Below, in pieces: positions 59,145 through 64,000 of a stretch of DNA of 64,000 nt. Position 1 is the stretch's first letter; each line of letters opens with the position of its first letter. A program made the translations under genes and the position numbers. Where the stretch lies: NCBI GenBank assembly GCA_021157525.1, contig JAGGWK010000060.1, positions 11,293-75,292 of the forward strand, in the 5' to 3' direction. The notes beneath the pieces are model-generated. The model was not told the origin of the DNA, made no database searches, and saw only the letters and a list, made by a program, of their open reading frames with translations. The DNA is from Candidatus Cloacimonadota bacterium (GTDB lineage Bacteria; Cloacimonadota; Cloacimonadia; Cloacimonadales; TCS61).

Positions 59145-59588
59145 CTAATCAAATGACTCCCATGGCCTGCCATAGCCCTGCCGGAATTCGATGGTGAGGG
59201 ACGAATTTTCCGAGGGTTTAAATTGCAGCTGAAATTCCGGTAACACTTTGCTCTGATTATCGTTATTGCCATCAAACTCGACCCCTTGCTGATAGGTTGC
59301 AGAGCCATAATTCACAAAATTCAGATTCACTTTCAGATTCCATTTTTCATTGAATTTATAGGAAATATGGTTGGTATAGGTCGATTGATAATAGGTTTGA
59401 TCGGAGCCGGAGGAAAAGCCCGACGTAAAGGAAATGGAGTGATGCATATCCAGGTTATTTAGATTCAGTACTGAATTTTGCAACCGGTTTGGTATGAAGT
59501 AATTCGGGGCAAAAAGCTTGGATTGATACTGGGCAGACAATGCACCAACCAGCATCAAAAGGGCACAAACAACAACTCTCTTTTTCAT
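59145..59588 (-). CDS. hypothetical secreted beta-rich protein
   Basis: start ATG 59588 after GGAGG; signal peptide MKKRVVVCALLMLVGALSAQ; N/Y/S/Q-rich. Confidence 0.5.
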   Translation of the reverse strand: MKKRVVVCALLMLVGALSAQYQSKLFAPNYFIPNRLQNSVLNLNNLDMHHSISFTSGFSSGSDQTYYQSTYTNHISYKFNEKWNLKVNLNFVNYGSATYQQGVEFDGNNDNQSKVLPEFQLQFKPSENSSLTIEFRQGYGRPWESFD

Positions 59589-59628
59589 ATGAGCCTCCGT
59601 GTCTAATTTCTCGGACAGATAATTTATG

Positions 59629-60279
59629 TCAATCCCCGGTTTTTGCAACGGAGAATTGGTCAAAGGGTATTACCGAGCGGTGGGGGGTTTGCCTGAGCTC
59701 TGCGATCAAAGCGTGGCAGGCGGTTTCCAGCTCTGCGGGAGTACCGTCGTTTTTCAGCAGGATGTCTGCACGCGGCGCTTTTTCTGCATCATCCATCTGG
59801 GATGCAATTTTCTTCCGGGCATAGGCGGTGTCGATGCCGTCTCGGGTACAAAGTCGTGCGATACGTTGCTCCAGCGGCGCCACTAACAGAACACTTACAT
59901 CCACGCATCTCTCCAGTCCACTCTCGAAAAGCAGAGGAATCTCCAGAAACAGAAGATCGCCATCAAATGCATCGATGCGCTTTTGCGCCAGAGCACGTAT
60001 GGCAGGATGCATCAGAGCATTGAGCTGCGACAGTGTATCAGCGTTTTCGTACACCATCTTCCCCAGCGCTTCTCGAGAAACTACACCGTCCTTGAGGATT
60101 TCGTCACCAAAAAGTAACTGCACCCGCCGAATGATGGCTGCATCCTGTAATACCTCGTGCCCCAGCTCATCGAAATTAATTACCGTATAACCCTGTTGCA
60201 TCAACCACGAAGCTATCAGGGATTTTCCTGAGGCAATGCCGCCGGTGATTCCTACTAAAAGCGCTCTATTCGATTTCAT
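59629..60279 (-). CDS. coaE: dephospho-CoA kinase
   Basis: P-loop GITGGIASGKS, about 215 aa. Confidence 0.85.
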   Translation of the reverse strand: MKSNRALLVGITGGIASGKSLIASWLMQQGYTVINFDELGHEVLQDAAIIRRVQLLFGDEILKDGVVSREALGKMVYENADTLSQLNALMHPAIRALAQKRIDAFDGDLLFLEIPLLFESGLERCVDVSVLLVAPLEQRIARLCTRDGIDTAYARKKIASQMDDAEKAPRADILLKNDGTPAELETACHALIAELRQTPHRSVIPFDQFSVAKTGD

Positions 60280-61009
60280 CTTTGAGCAATTGCGAAAGTT
60301 CATCGATGGTAATATCGCCGGTGAGATTTCCCTGTTTCACAAAGGAAATCTCCCCGGTTTCCTCCGATACCACCACGGCGATGGCGTCGGTAATTTCTGT
60401 AATGCCGATGGCCGCCAGATGGCGGGTGCCAAATTTCCGGGTGTATTGTAATTTCTCTGAGAGGGGCAACACCACTTTCACCGCCAACAACCGCTCTCCC
60501 CGTATCACCGCCGCACCGTCATGCAGGATGGATTTGTTGTTAAACACCGTAAGCAGCAATTTCACCGAGATAAGTGCATCCACCATTTCGCCGCTTTCCA
60601 GATAATTGTTGAGACGCCGCTTGTTTTCGATGACGAAAAGCCCGCCGATTTTGCGGAATGACATGATGGAAATAGCATTGAGAAGCGGGGCAAATTCCAC
60701 CTTTTTTCGCTGATGAAAAAGGTCGCGGAAATTGTGGTCGTGAGCAATCCGCGCCAGGGTAGCACGGATTTCCGGTTGAAAAAGAACGATGAGCACGATG
60801 ACCCAATATTGCCGTAACATGCTCAGAAAACGGGAAAGCATCTCCAGTTTGAGTCCTGCCGCAACCAGAGACAAAAGGAGAATCACCACCAGTCCCAGCA
60901 AAATCTGGTAGCCGCCGGTTCGCTTGAAAAGCAGATAAACACGGTAGAGAATCACCCACACTACCAGGATGTCAACGATAGAAGCCAGTGATGGTATCAG
61001 AAATTCCAT
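60266..61009 (-). CDS. cdaA: diadenylate cyclase CdaA (DAC domain, 3 N-terminal TM)
   Basis: DisA_N motifs DGAAVIRGERL... and TRHLAAIGITE; three N-terminal TM helices. Confidence 0.85.
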   Translation of the reverse strand: MEFLIPSLASIVDILVVWVILYRVYLLFKRTGGYQILLGLVVILLLSLVAAGLKLEMLSRFLSMLRQYWVIVLIVLFQPEIRATLARIAHDHNFRDLFHQRKKVEFAPLLNAISIMSFRKIGGLFVIENKRRLNNYLESGEMVDALISVKLLLTVFNNKSILHDGAAVIRGERLLAVKVVLPLSEKLQYTRKFGTRHLAAIGITEITDAIAVVVSEETGEISFVKQGNLTGDITIDELSQLLKDEIE

Positions 61010-62205
61010 TAGCCCTCCCTGATGGCGCGCAGTACGTCCAGCAGACGTTTATGCGCTTTTACGTCGTGCACCCGTACAATGGCCGCACCCTGATAAAACG
61101 CCTGAGCCGTGGTTGCCAGACTCCCTTCCAGCCGATCTTCCGGCACTGCGGGATAGATGCGATTGATAAAACTTTTTCGTGATGCCCCCAGCAAAACCGG
61201 TACCCCAAGAGCCCGGAATTCCTCCAGCCGCCGCAGAATGGTGAGGTTATCTGTGTGACTTTTGCCAAAGCCCACCCCGGGGTCTATGATGATGCGCTCT
61301 CTGGCAATTCCCGCCTCGGTGCAGTACTGGATGCGTCCCGCCAGGTAGCCCAGGATGTCATTCATCACATCGTGGTAATGGGGATTATTCTGCATGGTTT
61401 GTGGTGTACCCTGCATGTGCATCAGGATGAGTGGAGCGGCAGGGTAATGCAGTGCCACATCCACCATGGCGGCATCCATTGTAAAGGCGCTGATGTCGTT
61501 GATAATGCTGGCGCCAGCGGCCAGAGCAGCATCGGCCACCACAGCTTTGTGGGTATCTATGGATATGGGGCAATCGGTGTGGCGACGCAGGGTTTCTATC
61601 ACGGGCATCACCCGGGCAATCTCCTGCTCAGCAGTGACTTCAGCAGCGCCGGGGCGGGTCGATTCTCCACCGATATCGATGATTTGTGCGCCATCTTCGA
61701 TCATCTGCAGGGCATATTCCACCGCCGCATCGTGGCTGAGCCACTTATTGCCGTCGGAAAAACTATCCGGCGTTACATTGAGTATCCCCATGATGGCTGG
61801 CGTGGAAAAATGCAGGGTTGTAGCACCGCACTGCATGGATGTGATGGGCGCAAGTTGGAGCCGGATGCACTGCGCCACCTCCTGACGGATGGCATCCAGA
61901 CCAAAAAAGGACTGCCGTGAAAGTTTATCTACCAGCTTCTGCAATTTTGCCACGGTGCCCAGCAGCAGCACATCGCTGCGGAGTGTGGAGCCATTTACCA
62001 CGCCACGAGCCACCGCAGCATCCCCACCCAGAGAGAGCATCTCCTGCTTGAGAATATTGGCAGCCCCCACAGCTACGTCATGAAGCTTGATGCACAGAGA
62101 AAGGCATTTGGGAGCCATACATGCCACTCCGCCATCGGTTACACCCAGTTGGCGAAGCTGCTCTTCAGCCTCTTGAATGGTTTGTATCTTCATGTTTCGA
62201 TTCAT
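61009..62205 (-). CDS. folP: dihydropteroate synthase with about 115-aa N-terminal extension
   Basis: pterin-binding core GILNVTPDSFSDG...IIDIGGESTRPG; N-terminal 115 aa of unknown function. Confidence 0.8.
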   Translation of the reverse strand: MNRNMKIQTIQEAEEQLRQLGVTDGGVACMAPKCLSLCIKLHDVAVGAANILKQEMLSLGGDAAVARGVVNGSTLRSDVLLLGTVAKLQKLVDKLSRQSFFGLDAIRQEVAQCIRLQLAPITSMQCGATTLHFSTPAIMGILNVTPDSFSDGNKWLSHDAAVEYALQMIEDGAQIIDIGGESTRPGAAEVTAEQEIARVMPVIETLRRHTDCPISIDTHKAVVADAALAAGASIINDISAFTMDAAMVDVALHYPAAPLILMHMQGTPQTMQNNPHYHDVMNDILGYLAGRIQYCTEAGIARERIIIDPGVGFGKSHTDNLTILRRLEEFRALGVPVLLGASRKSFINRIYPAVPEDRLEGSLATTAQAFYQGAAIVRVHDVKAHKRLLDVLRAIREG

Positions 62206-62370
62206 TATTTATTCCTTTGGCGCAGAGGGTGTGGAAGGGTAAAAATCTGTCAAGTGTGCCGATGTGAAAAAATAAACAAATGAAATGTTGGCACGAAAAT
62301 GTTCTAACGTATTTTTTACTTTGTAGATTAAATAATGAAAAGAAAAACAAATCCTTATAAAGGAGGAGAG

Positions 62371-64000
62371 ATGAAGAAAATTGGGATTTTGGTTTTAATG
62401 GTTCTTAGTATAGTGTGGGTGTGGGGAGCAGATTACGGTTCTATGTATATTACTGCCGGAGAAGCATCAAAGTCAACTTCAACAGCCTTTTCGCTAATTA
62501 CAGGATATACAAGTATGGCAACATCTGGCTGCACTTACACAACCGATGGAATTACAACTGGTGCAACTGTTGGTGAGAAGCGATATTTGATCCGCTATTC
62601 TTTAAGTTTCTATGGAGACGCTGCTCTTTGGAGTTTTGGAGTTAAAATTGGTGACGGCACAACTAGAGGTATTATTGAACGTAGGATTTCAGAAGGAGGT
62701 ACTGATGTTGGAAACGCGGCTGGTAGTTTTATTGCTACTATACCTCAAAATACCGAAATAGTACTTCAAATAAAAGCAGACTCTGGAACAGCGAATTACA
62801 CTCCTGTTCATAGCCAATTAGTTGTAGTTGAGTTAAGCGAAGCTGGAACTCCAAAATATGGCGAAATGCAGATAGTTAATAATGATAGTCCGCAAATATT
62901 AGATAACTCTGGTAATTCTTACTACAATCCTCTTTTCACTACCGTAGAACATTTTGGAAATACGCATTCAAATTTGTCGGGATGGGTATTTGCTTCAAAT
63001 GCATTAACTGCCAGTTCAGGTTCTGCTGGTACGTATTTAGCAATTTTATCTACTAGTTTTAATAGTACTTTAAGTACTAGTTTTGAATTTGGCGTTTCAT
63101 TAAACGGATATGATCCCTACGGAGAATCTTCCGATACACAAATTGTTCTTAAAAGAACTGTTGGTGATACAGATATCGGAAATGGAGGTGCTTGCGGTAT
63201 TATCTCGATTTCTGATGATGATGTAGTGAGTATTCAAGCAAAAGCGGCTGGTACTGGGGCACAAACAATTACAACGCAATATGCATCTCTTACTTTGTTG
63301 AAGATTGCAGATAATACTTTGCCACCCTACGCAGGGATGAGAGTCAACAATAACGTAACCAAGATTGACTTACCTCATTCAATCTGGGTTAAAGAAGTTG
63401 ATTTTGTTTCAGATATACTGCATCCAACATATTGGGATTTTTCAGATACAGAAGTTCAATTAACACCAAAGAATTCATCAGCTGGTGATTATCTGGTAAA
63501 CTATTATTTGTCCATCTCTGTACCTTTAGGTTCAGATACAAAATATACTTTTAACACCTTGTGTGCTATTTTCAATAATGGTTCACAGTTATCCGATTTA
63601 ACAACGGAAAGAACTCTTGAAAGGAAAAAGAATGATGCAAACAATCAGCCTGATGTTGCAGCAATTGCTGGGACAGCGATTATCACTATTGAACACCCTG
63701 ATGACGCATTATATCTTCAATTGCAAAATATTGACCAAGATAACACCATGAATCCAATTATAAGATATGCAAATGTGAATCTATTCCGAATTAGCACTAA
63801 AGGCGACGGAGCCCTTCCCGTCACTCTTTCCAACTTCTCGGCAGCCTATATCGGTAGTGTACCGATTATCGCCTGGACTACCCAGAGCGAAAGCGGCAAT
63901 GCCGGCTGGAATGTCTATCGGGGAGATTCCCCAGAAGCTCTGCAAAATGGTGACGCCTTCTTGGTTAACGGCAGCCTTATCAATGGCGCCGGCACCACCA
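62371..64000 (+). CDS. large secreted repetitive beta-rich protein (3' partial, runs off window)
   Basis: ATG 62371 after AGGAGGAG; signal peptide MKKIGILVLMVLSIVWVWG; open frame to window end (>540 aa); S/T/G/N-rich. Confidence 0.6.
   Translation, partial: MKKIGILVLMVLSIVWVWGADYGSMYITAGEASKSTSTAFSLITGYTSMATSGCTYTTDGITTGATVGEKRYLIRYSLSFYGDAALWSFGVKIGDGTTRGIIERRISEGGTDVGNAAGSFIATIPQNTEIVLQIKADSGTANYTPVHSQLVVVELSEAGTPKYGEMQIVNNDSPQILDNSGNSYYNPLFTTVEHFGNTHSNLSGWVFASNALTASSGSAGTYLAILSTSFNSTLSTSFEFGVSLNGYDPYGESSDTQIVLKRTVGDTDIGNGGACGIISISDDDVVSIQAKAAGTGAQTITTQYASLTLLKIADNTLPPYAGMRVNNNVTKIDLPHSIWVKEVDFVSDILHPTYWDFSDTEVQLTPKNSSAGDYLVNYYLSISVPLGSDTKYTFNTLCAIFNNGSQLSDLTTERTLERKKNDANNQPDVAAIAGTAIITIEHPDDALYLQLQNIDQDNTMNPIIRYANVNLFRISTKGDGALPVTLSNFSAAYIGSVPIIAWTTQSESGNAGWNVYRGDSPEALQNGDAFLVNGSLINGAGTT

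Overview
This 64-kb chromosomal window (about 49% GC) is densely coded. The bacterium uses Shine-Dalgarno sites (GGAGG/AGGAG upstream of most starts), but its gene content resembles the FCB group: a complete Bat aerotolerance operon (moxR-DUF58-hyp-batABCDE), folP-cdaA adjacency, a GPP34 homolog and many lipoproteins. Most of the window is housekeeping: argS (5' partial), asnS, ileS (type 2), trpS, gpmI, rimO, secG, nadC-nadA-nadB, era, holA, uppP, tonB-exbB-exbD, lon, rng, rplU-rpmA, pckA, coaE, cdaA and folP. There are nine tRNAs in three loci: secG-linked tRNA-Leu; Gln-Gln-Ser-Ser; His-Arg-Met-fMet. The main finding is a tight five-gene minus-strand operon at 37.3-42.4 kb. It encodes a 825-aa lipoprotein with 2x[4Fe-4S] ferredoxin-like domains at both termini separated by six FN3-like repeats, two small signal-peptide-bearing dicluster ferredoxins, a beta-barrel outer-membrane protein and a DsbD/CcdA-like membrane protein with cysteine motifs in its transmembrane helices. 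No heme (CxxCH) or Tat (RR) motifs are present. I read this as a candidate, previously undescribed, envelope-spanning heme-free redox or electron-conduit system. Other notable points: a ~210-bp element with 16-17 bp terminal inverted repeats in two copies (37088-37301 and 52689-52892); decayed gene remnants (TetR-linked TolC/RND efflux operon, GNAT fragment, Mrr-like restriction endonuclease tail); a leuU-like tRNA-Leu that appears to carry an AAG anticodon; a ~1.2-kb low-coding island before ileS; FolP with an unexplained N-terminal extension; and a large secreted protein running off the 3' end. No rRNA, CRISPR array, transposase or integrase was recognised.
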